Assembly (NCBI RefSeq): GCF_006345805.1 | Contig: NC_042997.1 | Coordinates: forward strand, 203,918,001 to 203,982,000 | Source: Octopus sinensis | Taxonomy: Eukaryota | Direction: 5' to 3' | DNA: 64,000 nucleotides | Shown: positions 1 to 12,984 of the stretch, one piece after another | Layout: each line of letters opens with the position of its first letter | Numbering within the stretch: the first letter of the stretch is position 1 | Translations under genes and position numbers: made by a program | The notes under the pieces: generated by a model | The model's database searches: none | What the model saw: only the letters and a program-made list of their open reading frames with translations | What the model was told of the DNA's origin: nothing

Positions 1-576
1 TGATGATTTGTTGAAGTATTTGAAACCTGAGATGGTTTTGGGTGTCTCAGGGATGATGTCTTTCACCATTATTTCACCTTCATATCTAACAGTTTCCTCT
101 CTCTCTCGCTCTCTCAATAATCTGAGGGTTTAGATTTCTTCACTGAAAGCTTTAGAATTGGGTGCAAGGGATTCTTGTTTAGCCACAAGTTGGTCCTGAA
201 TGAGCAAAACTTATTGAGACAACCTTCTCGATAAATCTGTTCCCCTCTCTTAACACTTCACCCAGTCAGCACTCCTATTTTGTTTTCAGTCAAAGCAGAT
301 CTTTAGTTGAATTACAAAATGACCCCTTTATGCTGTTGACACACAACTCTGCCCCCCACCCACCACAAAAAAACAGTGCACTCTGTAAAGTGGAGTAATC
401 TTATTGAGCGGAGAGGACGAGACATCCTCTGGAGTGGTGCAATGGAAACAATGTACCCAGAACACTTTGTCAAATTGTTGGTGTTAGGAAGGACACCCAA
501 CTGTAGAAATCATATGAATGGTGAGACATAGGGGCAAGGCAAGCTTATTTGTTGGATCCTGCTGGACTGTCTGAAC

Positions 577-1148
577 CAGTGGTTTCCAACTGGGGCCCCA
601 TATAAGATGTTGTTGCTAAAGTTTACGTACAATAAATTGGTTATACTTCTCCAACAGACAAAATACAGTTCTATATTTAAGAGATGAGGAATTATGTACA
701 TTATTTACATTTGATGGATATTTGTCATCTTGTTTGTTGTTAACACGTTTCTGCTGATGAGCCCTCCAGCCTTCATCAGGTTTCTCGGGGAAATTTTGAA
801 CCTTGGTTAAGAGTGCGGGCTACTAACCACAAGATTCCGAGTTCGATTCCAGGCAGTGACCTGAATAATAATAACATCATCGAAAAATACCTTAGGAATG
901 AGAACCCAGGTTCGAAATTTCCCCAAGACACCTGAAGGCTGGAAGGTATATCAGCTGAAATGTGTTAACAACAAACAAGATGAGGACAAATATCTGTCAA
1001 TTGTAAAAAAACAGACAAAACATTAATCTTTCTTTTACGATTCCTATAAAAATACAACAGGGCTTTTAAAACATTGAATGGCAGGTTCCAGTTGAGTAAA
1101 ATAGGAATCAAAAAGGGTCCAAAGGCAAACAATGGTTGAGTATCACTG
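577..1148. mobile_element. hAT-type MITE with nested insertion
   Basis: Termini CAGTG...CACTG with 8-bp TSD gtctgaac/gactgaac. Interrupted at about 690-1010 by a fold-back element. Confidence 0.75.
704..1006. mobile_element. Fold-back element with degenerate hammerhead motifs (Penelope-like terminal repeats) around a tRNA-derived segment
   Basis: Arms 704-808 and 903-1006 are reverse complements. The left arm on - reads CTGATGA-AGGCTG..CAGC.-GAAAC. The centre has a B-box-like GTTCGATTCC. Confidence 0.6.
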
Positions 1149-3059
1149 GACTGAACCATAACAGCATAGAAAACAGACACGAAATGATATCTAAGACTAC
1201 ATTATACATGTCCCTTTTACTTTAGGTTGGTAATATATAATTTGAGGGAGATTTATCTCTAATTGGCAGCTTGTTGAGCAACAACCTGTAGGCTTCTTGT
1301 GCACTGATGTTGCCTCAGGACCACATTTATGAATGGAAAGCAGTCCAGTAGTTACTGAAGCTACGTATAGTTGTGTACCTCTCTGTGCCATGTGAATTCT
1401 CCAAAGAGAGTATTGGAACAATTCATAAAGTTGAAATTATGGATAGCAATGTTTAAATAACTCCACTCTTGTGATCATTAACAAAACTCTAGCTGAATAA
1501 TGATCCCACTGCACTCTTATGGTCCCATGTAAAAAGCACGGGTGCTGGTGCTTTTTAAGTACCAGCTGAGTACTGGGGGTTGATGTAATTGACTTACCCC
1601 TCCCTCAAAATTGCTGGCCTTGTACCAAAATTTGAAACCAATATCTAATAAATCATAAAGGCCAGTAGTGGTCAGCAACATCTTAATGTCCCGGTGATAT
1701 TTAGTTATAGTCTTGTTATATCCTTGAGAACCAACTTTGCCTTTAATCCTTGAAGGGAGGGCCATATAACTTAAGCATCAGGAGTTCCATCTAAAACATG
1801 GTTTTCATCATCATCATCATCATCATGGGTTGGACGGTTCAACTGGGGTCTGGGAAGCCAGAAGGCTGCACCAGGCTCCAGTCTTATCTGGCAATGTTTC
1901 TACAGCTGGATGCCCTTCCTAACGCCAACCACTCCGTGAGTGTAGTGGGTGCTTTTTACGTGCCACCTGCACAAAGTAAGATAGGGGTTATGAAATTTTG
2001 TACTATAAAATTATAAATTCATTTTTTTTTTAAACATATAAAATATAACTTTAATATTTATTACCTGAGCATGATTGTTACCAGTGTCGCCTTACTGGCA
2101 CTTGAAAAAACATTCAAGCAAGGTCGTTGCCAGTACTGCTTGACTGGCCCCCGTGCTGGTGGCATGTAAACGCACCCACTACACTATCGGAGTGGTTGGT
2201 ATTAGGAAGGGCATCCAGCTGTAGAAACTCTGCCAGATCAAGATTGGAGCCTGGTGCAGCCATCTTGTTCGCCAGCCCTGTCATTCGTCCAACCCATGCT
2301 AGCATGGAAAGCGGACGTTAAACGATGATGATGATTTGTCATACAACACTTAAAAGGAAGAGAAATTGAGGGATGAGGCTTTATGCCAGGTGAAGCGAAG
2401 AGAGGTTAGTGTATGCTAGAATAGCTACCTTGCTAGGGGACATACATGGCTACCCCAGATGGAAAAGAAGAGAGAAAAGATATAGTGGTGAAGATGTATC
2501 AGTAGATACCCTCAAGTATTAGGAAGGTGAATATAAGTGGAAGTCATATTGTAAATGATACCCTGTTGGTGCTGGTACCACATAAAAAGCACCCAGTACA
2601 CCCTGTAAAATGGTTGGCATTAGGAAGAGCATCCTGCTACAGAAACCAAATCAAAACAGACTGGAGCCTGGTGTGGCCCTCAACCTTACCAGCTCCTGTC
2701 AAACTATCCAACCCATGACAACATGAAAATGGATGTATGAGGAAGGTGTCTGTTTTGACACCTTCCTCATACAGCCCCTGGTCAGCCCTATTCAAGTGGA
2801 CCTATCATTGAAGATGCTTCAGCTGTGACCATCTCTTTGTTTTTTTAGTATATCCATGACTACATAATCCAACTTTTTAAGACAACAGAGTAATTTTAGG
2901 GAGATTTGGCTATTATATTTAGCAGTCAAGTGATGACTAAGGAGAAGCCTTCTTGTTGGATTGTCATATCTTCTGAGATTGAAAAACAAAAAGTATAATT
3001 AGGACAAGTGGTAAAAAGGCCGATGCCTCATTAACCTCTTAACCAGCCAAGCTATAAAG

Positions 3060-4174
3060 GACAATTTATGCTATGTAAACATTACAGGGTGATGATCTTC
3101 CTTCTGATTAAAGCACAAGGCCAGTTTTGTCTTGGTGTAAAAGATGGGCGATGGGTCAGAGCAAATATTCTGCTCAATACCACAGATTTGCCCGTTAGTT
3201 GCTTGACCATAACCAGTTGAGCATGTCTTCAGTGGTTGATATGTGCAGGAGTAGTGGAGGAATATTGTATAAGGTAAGAGGGATTGTTTGAGGTTTGAAT
3301 AATTCACCCTTGGAAACGTGTGTGTTTCATTCATCATGCTTTAACAAACTTTGGTCGGGGACATTTGAATGGAAAATTCTACTTTGGCCCCATCTGCAAG
3401 TTCATCTGCTGTTTATCTTGATAAGAGGTCACCATTTCGTGCACATATAATTGTGATGCATGTACCTGGTGTACCCTTACCAGAGGGTTAGTGATGATGG
3501 GTATATTGAGCTTCATATATGTCTAGTCCAGTGCCACTTTGATGGCATGTGCTGCTCTCTCACATAATAATAATAATAATAATAATGATAATAATGATGA
3601 TAATAATAATAATAATAAATGCCCTGATGCAGTACCAGGCAGTGGCTCTCATGGCTTCTGATCTTAACTGATTGGAAGTGTTATCATGTACATTGTTTTG
3701 TCTTGGTATAAAAGATGGGTTACAGCAAATATTCTGCTCAATACCACAGATTTGCTTGTCAGTTGTTTGACCTTAACCAGTTGAGCATGTCCCTTAGTGG
3801 CTGACGATATGTGCATCTCTGATCACGAGCAGAAGTAGTGGGGGAGCATCATAGCCATGTGTTGAGAGGAATTCTTTGGGGTTTGAATAATTCACCTCTG
3901 GAAACATGGGTGGTTCTTTCAACATCCTTAAACAACCCTTATTCAGGGACCTTTTGAGCGGGATGGGCTACTCAACCTGAAGAAAATTCTAACTGGGCCC
4001 CACCTGCAAGGTCATGTGCTGTTTATCTTGATATGAGATCACCATGTCGCGCACATATGGTTGTGATGCATGTGCCTGGTGTACCCTTATCAGACGGGTA
4101 GTCATGATGGGTATATTGGGCTTCGTATATTTTACCCCAGTGTCACTTTGATGGCATGCACTGCTCTCTCACTC

Positions 4175-4203
<29 letters not shown>
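3060..4203. mobile_element. Two tandem copies (one decayed, one well preserved) of a ~550-bp interspersed element bounded by (AAT)n
   Basis: About 3100-3562 aligns to 3690-4175. (AAT)n tracts at 3565-3618 and 4175-4203. Confidence 0.75.
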
Positions 4204-4209
<6 letters not shown>

Positions 4210-4259
4210 TAAAAATACGAAGTCAGAATGATGACAATACTCAGAAATGTATATGTGAT

Positions 4260-6358
4260 TTTTAATTTGTTGATAAAAATATTATATGAGTGTTGTTGTT
4301 GTCAGTGTACATTTGATAAAACTCAAAATTTATGATTAGATTAAACTGTGATTAACATAGTATAAGAGGACAAAAGTAGCTTATAGACAAATGGTCAGAT
4401 GGAAAAGCTGTTAAACCATTATTGATAATAGATGTCGGTACACCACTTCAAACACAGATCAAGAAGCTGAGTAGAGAGAATGAATTGTTACCAAAACAGA
4501 ACCGGTCACTTTTTTGAGTAACAAAAATACAATCTGTGAAATCATTGTACAAGAAATAGATATACATTGTCATACACATAGAAATTATTGTATGGTTATT
4601 TGTTTGTTTGCTGCACATGTAACATTCAAATGACAATGTTTTATTGTTATACATTTGGGTGCAGAATACCATGGTGAAGTTAATATATAACAGTAGCTTT
4701 TCACAGCCAGCAACTGGATAAAAGAAACCTCTCACCCAATATATTATATGTTTGTGTATGTATACATACATACGTGTGAGTGTGTGTGTGTGTTTAGCTC
4801 AGCAAGAGATCTGGCAGAAAATCAGATTATTGTGGGACGGTTTACATCATATACTTACTTATCCTACATTGTCATTTACGTAACTCAAATATCGAAATAT
4901 GCCTTGTGGTTTATCTTAGAGAGAGAGGGGATTGTCTGTGTGATGGCCATAACATAACTGAGTGAAAACGTACTTCCACTGGAGGTGTCAGAAAGATGAT
5001 GATATGAAATTAAACTGGTTCCTGCTAAATATGACATTTGATATGTCTTGCGAGTATTTGTTTGAAATATATTCCCCTAGCATATACTGCACCTGGATAC
5101 CAGCTGTGTGTGTGTGTATTATATATACATACATATGCATATATCTCAATGTAAAAATGAGAGGTCTGCATAAGCGTTAAAAATCTATTATGAAAGCAAT
5201 GACAAAAAAAAAAAAAGGATAAAGACAATATAGGAGGGACAAGTTTTAAAATATTGTATTAATTAAACACTTAAAGAAGGGAAAGAGACTGTTTTGAATG
5301 CTAGTCCTTCATTGGGAGAAAAAGAGGATAAATAAAGGAGAATGAACAAGGAGAAAAAATGGGAGAGATGGGGTGTCCCTTCTAAACATCACCTCCCTTA
5401 GAACTGCATGCCCACCTGGCCCCTAACATGCTCCCCAATTTTTGGTCACCCACTTCTTATATTTTTCTTCTGATAAAAGACTAGCATCCAAAACATCAAG
5501 ACTCTTTCTTTTCCTTTTAAGTGTTAAAACCAATACACATTTTAAAAACTTATCCCACCTGTGTTGTCATCTTTTTGTGTTTATTGCTTTCATAATCTAC
5601 CTATCTATCTGTATATATATATATATATAGTCACTTTGCTCTTTTGAGAAAATTAAACATAGAGGTTGTTTGTGATATATCAACTATTGGTAACTTAATT
5701 ATGGCTGAAGTAATAGATATCTTTATGTTTCCTCAGTATTTGTAAAGCTTAAAGAATTAAGGTTTCACAAAATACTAGAACTACTAGAAAAAGGCTACTT
5801 CAGATCGAATGAGCCCTTCCTAACGAATGTATACAAAACCTATATTGAAGATCTTTTTACATCATATTTTGGCAGTTGAACTGCCAACTTGTCTGCTCCT
5901 AAAATAAGAAAATAAATGTAAATCCAAAACCACTTGTGTAATTAAAAATATTTGATAATCTAACAAATCTAAGACTGATGGGAAAAAAATAGTACAAATA
6001 AAAATCAATATAAAGCACTACTACCATTTTTGGGGGGGTTCATTTAAAAAAAAGTTTCTGAGGATAGAAAAACTATAAACAGCACCTAACTAAAGCAGTT
6101 ACTGGAAAAATAACAAAAAAACATAAAAAATAGAATGAAGGTGTGTTTAATTTAGGCTTGAGAAAATAGTTCCATAGAAGTATTGGAGGGGAGGGGCAGA
6201 AAGTATTGTCTACAAAAGTACTATAATACAAAGTGCAGCCTTTAATGTATTAAGAAATCACATGTGCTTGATTCAGTCCGCAGGGCAGCAAGTTGGAGCC
6301 TGAGAAGTTAAATAGCAGCATACATGAGGTGGGTGTGTGTATGTGTATGGTAAGGTGG

Positions 6359-6391
<33 letters not shown>

Positions 6392-6932
6392 CTGAAACTA
6401 AAGTTATCAGAGATGTTTGTAATGTTATGTGAACAGCAGCAACAGCAGCTCAGCTGGTTACACTGATGAGATCAATGTGAGAAATAAAGAGGGAGAAAAG
6501 AGGTTAAAAAAAATCATTAAACATTATAGTATTTTTTATTCTATTTCTGGTAATATTTGTGGTTTCTATTTGGTTTTTGCTTTTAAATAGTGGACAAAAT
6601 GAGCACAAAGTAATTTCTAAAATAAATGTGGAGTGGGTGGAGAAAACGGCTAAGAGAAGCCATAAGGTCTAATGGTGTAACTCAAGAGAATTTAAATATC
6701 TGAAATAGAGAGGAAGCAAATAGATCTTTCAGATGTTCTTTGTTTTGTTTTGTTTTTTCTGTCTTTGATGACTGGAATACTTGCATCACAGCACCAGCCA
6801 TAGAGACAAGAGAAGAAATCAGTTAAAACAATTTCATCTTTAAAAGTCTTGTCAGTTTTTTTTTTTAAAGAGTTTTTTTTTGTTCTTTTGTTTTGGTTAA
6901 CTGATGAAAAGAAAAGAAAAAGAGGTAGAAAT
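4260..6932 (-). other. Probable long 3' UTR of NTF2
   Basis: About 2.7 kb directly after the stop with none of the SINE families that saturate the flanks. Minus-strand AATAAA at 6540-6535, 5585-5580 and 4645-4640. The true 3' end is unknown. Confidence 0.4.
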
Positions 6933-7052
6933 TTATGTAACAGGGATGTTATGAATTGACAGCCTGAAGAATTCATTAATTATACTATAAGACTCTCCCT
7001 CATAGTGTAGATTGAATACCTGACTAAATGACAATGGTTTGTCATCATCAGC
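6933..7052 (-). CDS. NUTF2: NTF2 coding exon 4 (ADDDKPLSFSQVFNLHYEGESYSIINEFFRLSIHNIPVT*)
   Basis: Acceptor tttctttttctttccAG. ADxD, FSQxF and NxxFRL..HN motifs are present. TAA stop at 6935-6933. Confidence 0.94.
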   Translation of the reverse strand, partial: ADDDKPLSFSQVFNLHYEGESYSIINEFFRLSIHNIPVT

Positions 7053-8115
7053 CTGGAAAGAAAAAGAAACAAAACGTTTAAATATACACACAAACAGTTC
7101 AGACAAGAAAGTTTGGTAGAGGTTAATTTAATTATAGACAAAAAATATGATTTGTAAAAACCAGAAACAATATAGAGTGTGGCTGCATAATGTTATACAC
7201 ACTGTTGTTCAGGTATGTAAAAAAAAAACCCAGCTTACAGTTGTGTTTTTTTACACACACATAGACAATGTCACGTACATACATACACACAAATTATATT
7301 TGTTTCAGTCATCTGACTGTGGCCATGCTGGAGCACCGCCTTTAATTGAGCAAAGCGAACCCAGGACTTATTCTTTGTAAGCCTATTACTTATTCTATCG
7401 GCCCCTTTTGCCAAACCACTAAGTTATGGGGATGTAAACACACCAATATCAGTTGTCAAGAGATGTTGGGGGGAAAACACAGACACACACACACACATAT
7501 ATACGATGGGCTTCTTTCAGTTTCCGCCTACCAAATACACTTTCCCAAGGTGCCATGCAGTGAAACTGAACCCAGAGCCATGTGGTTGGTAAGCAAGCTA
7601 CTTACCACACAGCCACTCTTGATATACATAATGAGTATATGCTGTGCTTGAGAAGACACAGCAAAGCTAATTCATGGTCATACATGCAGGCATGTCTGTC
7701 ATGCCTCCCACTCACACAGTCCTGTCAAAACACCAACAACCTGTCTTCCCAACATCCCTCCTCTCCCACAACCCATGATCACCACCCTCCACTCTCCCTC
7801 AAGTGCACATTCACTCCATGTTCTGACACAGCAACCATACTGTGCTTCTTAGCCACTCCATTTTCTCTCACCATCACTTGTTACAGTCATGTCTTCCTCA
7901 TCCATACTCCGCTGTACTACTTAAACCCCACCACCACCATCACTATTCCTTCTACATAGACCTAAATACATCTCCAACACCAACTATTTTTCTCTCCCTA
8001 GTCTCCCCTTACCTGTTGTACTGGAGTAACCAAGTATCCCTTCTATAGTAAGACAACTATCCATGTTCCTCTACCTGGCCTACAGACACTTCCCTCAGTT
8101 CCTCCTCCCCCACCT

Positions 8116-8430
8116 CATCATCATCATCATTTAACGTCCGTTCTCCATGCTAGCATGGGTTGGACGCTTCGACCGGGGATCTGGGAAGCCAGAAGGCTGC
8201 ACCAGGCTCCGGTCTTATCTGGCAGTGTTTCTACAGCTGGATGCCCTTCCTAACGCCAACCACTCCAAGAGTGTAGTGGGTGCTTTTTACGTGCCATCTG
8301 CACAGGTGCCAGGCGAGGCTGGCAACGGCCACGGTCGGATTGGTGCATTTTACGTGCCACCGGCACGGAAGCCAGTTGAGGTGGCACTGGTATCGGCCAC
8401 GATTCGGATAGTGCTTTTTACGTACCACCA
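8116..8430 (-). mobile_element. SINE family A ((GAT)n tail, GGAAGGGCATCCAGCTGTAGAAA core); representative copy
   Basis: Other copies at about 1806-1970(-), 2070-2335(+), 10724-10875(+), 13390-13564(+), 15350-15530(-), 16630-16800(-), 17945-18220(+), 34170-34410(-), 36706-37025(-), 52336-52497(-), 53822-54000(-), 58680-58860(+) and 60245-60440(-). Orientation is taken from the tail. Confidence 0.85.
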
Positions 8431-9039
8431 GTTCATAAAAAGCACTGGTGGTACGTAAAGATCTGAAAGATTTTTGTCTTGCAAGTTCCTTGGTGACCTC
8501 TCTCTTTCTCTTCCCACAATATATGTAGTAATGACAGCTGTGTCAAGCAGAAGTGGTTACTATGTTGTTATAAGGAGTAGAGGTCATTGCTGCAGTGGAT
8601 TCTCCCTCAATCTGTATAGTGAGCATCCAGTTGATTGACTAATTGAAATTAGTAACCAGAAGACTATATCACAACCATGTGCACTTCCAGGCCATATGAT
8701 ACAACACGACACGTTTGACCCTTTGAATTACAATTGAAGAGAAAAAGTAGAATCAATCCCAACCTACCATAGATAAATGGTTAAGTTCACCTTGGTAAGA
8801 TTTGAACTTTAGAAATGCTGCAAGGTATCCTATCTGATCCTCTAATAATGTGCCAACCCATAGCCATGTAGTAGTGGAAGATAGCAGTGAAGAGGAGACT
8901 GTGTTAATAAAGGGGTAGTGGGGTATTTTCCTATCAGCCCGAGAGCCTTTCTATTAATGTTACATCTAAAACAATGCAGGAACAGATGTAGGAACAGTAC
9001 TCCATTGGGAGTTTTGCTTCAGCTTTGTAGAGAAGAGTC

Positions 9040-9573
9040 TGAAGATTTGACTGGTGACTGAGACCGTTGGAGAAGCCAAGTGAGACCATAACCCGTGGAC
9101 TATGCTAGTGGTGTACAACCAGCCCACTTATAAGTACCCTTCATTCATGGGACAGTAAACTTTGCTTACAAAGACCTGTTGAGGCAAGTGAAATCAAAAT
9201 TGCTGACGTGGCTGATGACAGTACCGCCTGATTGGCACCTGTGTCAGTGGCTCACCATTCGAACGTGATCATTGCCAGTGTCGGTGGAAACATGAAAAAC
9301 AACATTCGAGCGTGGTTGTTGCCAGTGCTGCTGGACTGGCTCCCATACAGGTGGCATATAAAAAAACACCTTTTGAGCATGGTCGTAGCTAGTACCGCCT
9401 GACTGGCCCTCGTGCTGGTGGCACATAAAAGCACCCACTAACTCTTGGAGTGGTTGGCGTTAGGAAGGGCATCCAGCTGTAGAAACATTGCCAGATCAGA
9501 TTGGAGTCTGGTACTTTAACATCCGCTTCCATGCCAACATGGAAAGCGGATGTTAAACAACGATGATGATGAT
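9040..9573 (+). mobile_element. SINE family A, long copy with internal ~60-bp tandem units
   Basis: Repeated GGTGGCAC(A/G)TAAAA(A)GCACC-like units precede the shared core and the GATGATGAT tail. Confidence 0.8.
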
Positions 9574-11134
9574 GGGCCATACACAGCATTTATACATAAG
9601 ACAAATGTCTGATAAACTAAGGAACAAAACCAGAGACATAAACCACTAGACACAGAATTCAATCTGAATAGTCAGTCACTGTTAGTGAGATAGAGTGGCA
9701 GTAGGAGGCTGCCAAAGGACAAATTGAGTGAGAGTAGAAGAATGTTATGCTTGACTGGAGTAGTAAAAAAAGAGGGAAGGGGTAATGAAAAAATTAAAAT
9801 GAGAGTGGGTTGGATTAAGAGGTGTAAACAAAGAGTGGCAGCTAAAAAGTGATAGAAAATACAGCTGCTGAGAAATTTTTGATTCAAACATGAGTTATCC
9901 CCCTTGTCGGTACATGTGTATATCTTTTAATGAACTTGGACAATTAACGAAGTTGTTAAGACTGCTAATTGATAAAATACTTTATGGTATTATTTCAGCA
10001 TTTTGAGTTCTTAGTTCAAATCACACCGAAGTCAACTTTACCTTCTATCCTTCTGGGGTCGATAAATAAAGTCCCATCTCTGATTGCAGACTTGTAGAAA
10101 TGTTAGAGTAGGGGATTAGTATTCGTATGAAATCCTGCCATGGCTTACTTGGATGGTTACCTTAATCCTTTGTTGTAACACCATTACCTAGCACCTTCGG
10201 TACCTTTAGCGGGGTCCACTTCGTTGCAAGCATTCAGACTCAGTCTCCAGTCTGAGGTGACTCCCCCCCCCCCCACAAGTCTCAGGCATTCTGCAATGTC
10301 TTCAATTTTGTTTAGAAATTTACCCTTTTAATATATTTTCAATAAATAAATATAAATTGTAAGACTTGTCCCAATGGACAAATGAACCGGTATTTTTCTC
10401 ACAGACAACTGAACGTAGCTTTCTAGGACAGATTCACTTGGTGTAAAGATGAGAAAAAGGAGGAGGGACAGGGGCCTAGGTTTCAAGGATGTCCTCACCT
10501 AAGACAGCACCTTTGTGGGCTTTTATGCCATCAAGAACCAAATGCTTCAGAAAAAAAATTACAAAAGGAATTGTCTTATGGTTCTCTATAAGCTTTTAGC
10601 AGATCTTTATAACTTTCAAAATAACCATGGAATTTTCATGGGTTCTACTGGTTAGGGAGTGTTCTCAAACAGCTGAGGTTTACACACTTATACTGTTTTA
10701 AACTCAGATGATTTTTTTGTTTTGGAGTGGTTGGTGCTAGGAAGGGCATCCAGCTGTAGAAACTCTTCCAGATAAGATTGGAGCCTGGTGCAGCCATCTG
10801 GTTCGCCAGTCCTCAGTCAAATCGTCCAACCCATGCTAGCATGGAAAGCAGACGTTAAATGATGATGATGATGATGTAGAATGATTTCAAGGCCTCCGAT
10901 CAAACAATTCAGGAGTTTAGAGAATTTTTATGGGGAAAAGGAGATACTTTGTGAAAGTGATTAAGAAATGTGGGTGGAGGAGTGGAAGTGTAGTTAAGAA
11001 GTTAGCCTGCCAACAACATTGGTTCAGATTCATTTCCATGGCTTGGGCATGATCAATACATTGTGAAAGAATCTGGCAGATGGAAACTGTATGAAGCCTG
11101 TCATATATCTATCTGCATGTGTGAATGTTTACAA

Positions 11135-11488
11135 CACAGTACTCCAATCTCTTTTTTGCTGAGGTACCCTTGCCAAGCCTTTCAGAAATTCATGGCACCC
11201 AATCTAATAGGAGTTGTATTTTGATTCAACATCAATATTACAAAACTTTGTCCCTGGATAATAACATCTGTGTAAGAAAACTATGTCTCCGGAATTGATA
11301 ATAAAAATTTTTCTTTAATTTCACCAATGTTGACATAACAAAAATATAATAGACAACAAAACAAAATATAAGATGGCAATAATATTTATCGATAAAATAA
11401 ATATCAAAATGTATTTTTGACTCTAAATGATTAATCATGATACCACATATGTATGTATATTTTGCAGCACACTGGTTGAGAAGCTGTG
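11135..11488. mobile_element. hAT-type MITE
   Basis: Termini CACAG...CTGTG with the subterminal GGTTGAGAA motif. 8-bp TSD gtttacaa/gtttacag. Confidence 0.7.
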
Positions 11489-12553
11489 GTTTACAGTATA
11501 TATTTCACATAGAAAAACGCTGGGTTATGAAAACAGTGAGCTTTGTTGTCATAGTAATAGAGAAACGGAATGGATGGTTAAGGCTGTAACTGCCAGATCA
11601 GAGATGACCCGGGGCTAAACAACAACTATACTTAATTATATAAGAGAGCCTCTAAAAAGCTGGACACTATTGTCTGACCAGTTTGTAATCTAAAGAATAA
11701 CCAAACATCCCCACTAATTACATAGACATGTGAAAATATACACAACACAACACAAATTAAGACCATATTGTAAAACCATCATCACTTAATGTCCACTTTT
11801 CCATGCTTGCATGAATCAGACAATTTGTTGAAGCAGATATTTCTATGGCAGGATGCCTTTCCTATCACCAACCTTCACCTGTTTCCAAGCAAGGTAATAT
11901 TTCCTCATGACCAGACATGTTTTTCATGGGAAATGAGAAGCACTGCTTGTATGATGGTGATGCTCATTTACAACAATGTCAAGTAAAGGACACACACACA
12001 ACAGGCTTCTTTCAGTTTCTATCCAACAAATCAAGCAAGGTTTTGGTTGGCCCAGAGCTACAGAAGATACTTGCCTAAGGTGGCATGCAGTGGGACTGAA
12101 TCCCAAACCTCGTGATTGGGAAGCAAGCTTATCCACACAGCCACACCTGCATTTGTCCTTGTCTCTATAAGTGTTTTGCTGTTGTTTAACAAGAGCTTGG
12201 CCTTGTTTCAACCAATCTACAATCAAAGTCATTCAGGATGCGATCATCTTGTTTTTGGTTTTATCAATCCTAATCTATCTTGGACTGTATTATCCAATGT
12301 ACCTTTCCGTTATTTATAAAGGTAGGGTGTAATATGAGGTAGATCTGACTGTTGTGTTTAGCAGCTCAAACAGCTATGCCAAGATTCCCTTGTTAACTTG
12401 ACATAAGCTTGTCAGAGGATGTGAGCCACAATCTACAACATTTAGAAGTGTTCACTACATCTTGTTGATGTCCAATGAAGAGAGGCAATAATTATATACA
12501 CACCTGACATGTTTATGTGAACAATATATAAACAAAAAAATATAATAACCTAC

Positions 12554-12652
12554 TTGAAGCTGGCCGGTGATCAATATTAAAATTCCACCAGTGGTAGTAG
12601 GAAGAGCATCCAACTTTGTGACAACGTGCTTGATTGTTTTAAATGGCAACGA
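12554..12652 (-). CDS. NUTF2: NTF2 coding exon 3 (SLPFKTIKHVVTKLDALPTTTGGILILITGQLQ)
   Basis: Acceptor tttttcAG and donor GTAGG; 99 nt, phase 0-0. SLPF...GQL matches the third coding exon of human NTF2 in length and motifs. Confidence 0.94.
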
Positions 12653-12732
12653 CTGAAAAATCAAAATAAATATTTTACAAGTAAATTTATTTATGTATAT
12701 TTTACAAGTTAATATATATGTAAACTGTTTAA

Positions 12733-12954
12733 CCCTTTTGTTACCATACTTCTGTTGAGATGTTCTGTGTTTCTTTCAATTAATTTTAAATATAACAAAG
12801 AATTTAGTAAAATAACTTAGTTATCATTACGCTAGTGTTAGAAATATAAATTGCGACTAAGGTTTGGTGGAAGATTTTAATTTAAAACTTTTGAAAACAA
12901 AACATTTGTACTACAAAGCCAGAGGTGGTTTCAGCCAGGTTGGTATAAAAAGGG
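12733..12954. mobile_element. piggyBac-type MITE
   Basis: TTAA TSD on both sides. TIR CCCTTTTGTTACCA / TGGTATAAAAAGGG. Confidence 0.8.
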
Positions 12955-12984
12955 TTAATATTTTTAAATGCTTAGTAGTACTAC

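Noticed and set aside
805-862. tRNA gene (also the heads at 29738, 30468, 41977 and 51351)
   Set aside because: A/B-box-like motifs are present but there is no complete cloverleaf, and they continue into SINE bodies with TSDs.
9240-9440. CRISPR-like repeat-spacer pattern
   Set aside because: The units are degenerate internal tandem repeats of a SINE with mutually similar spacers. The context is eukaryotic and there are no cas genes.
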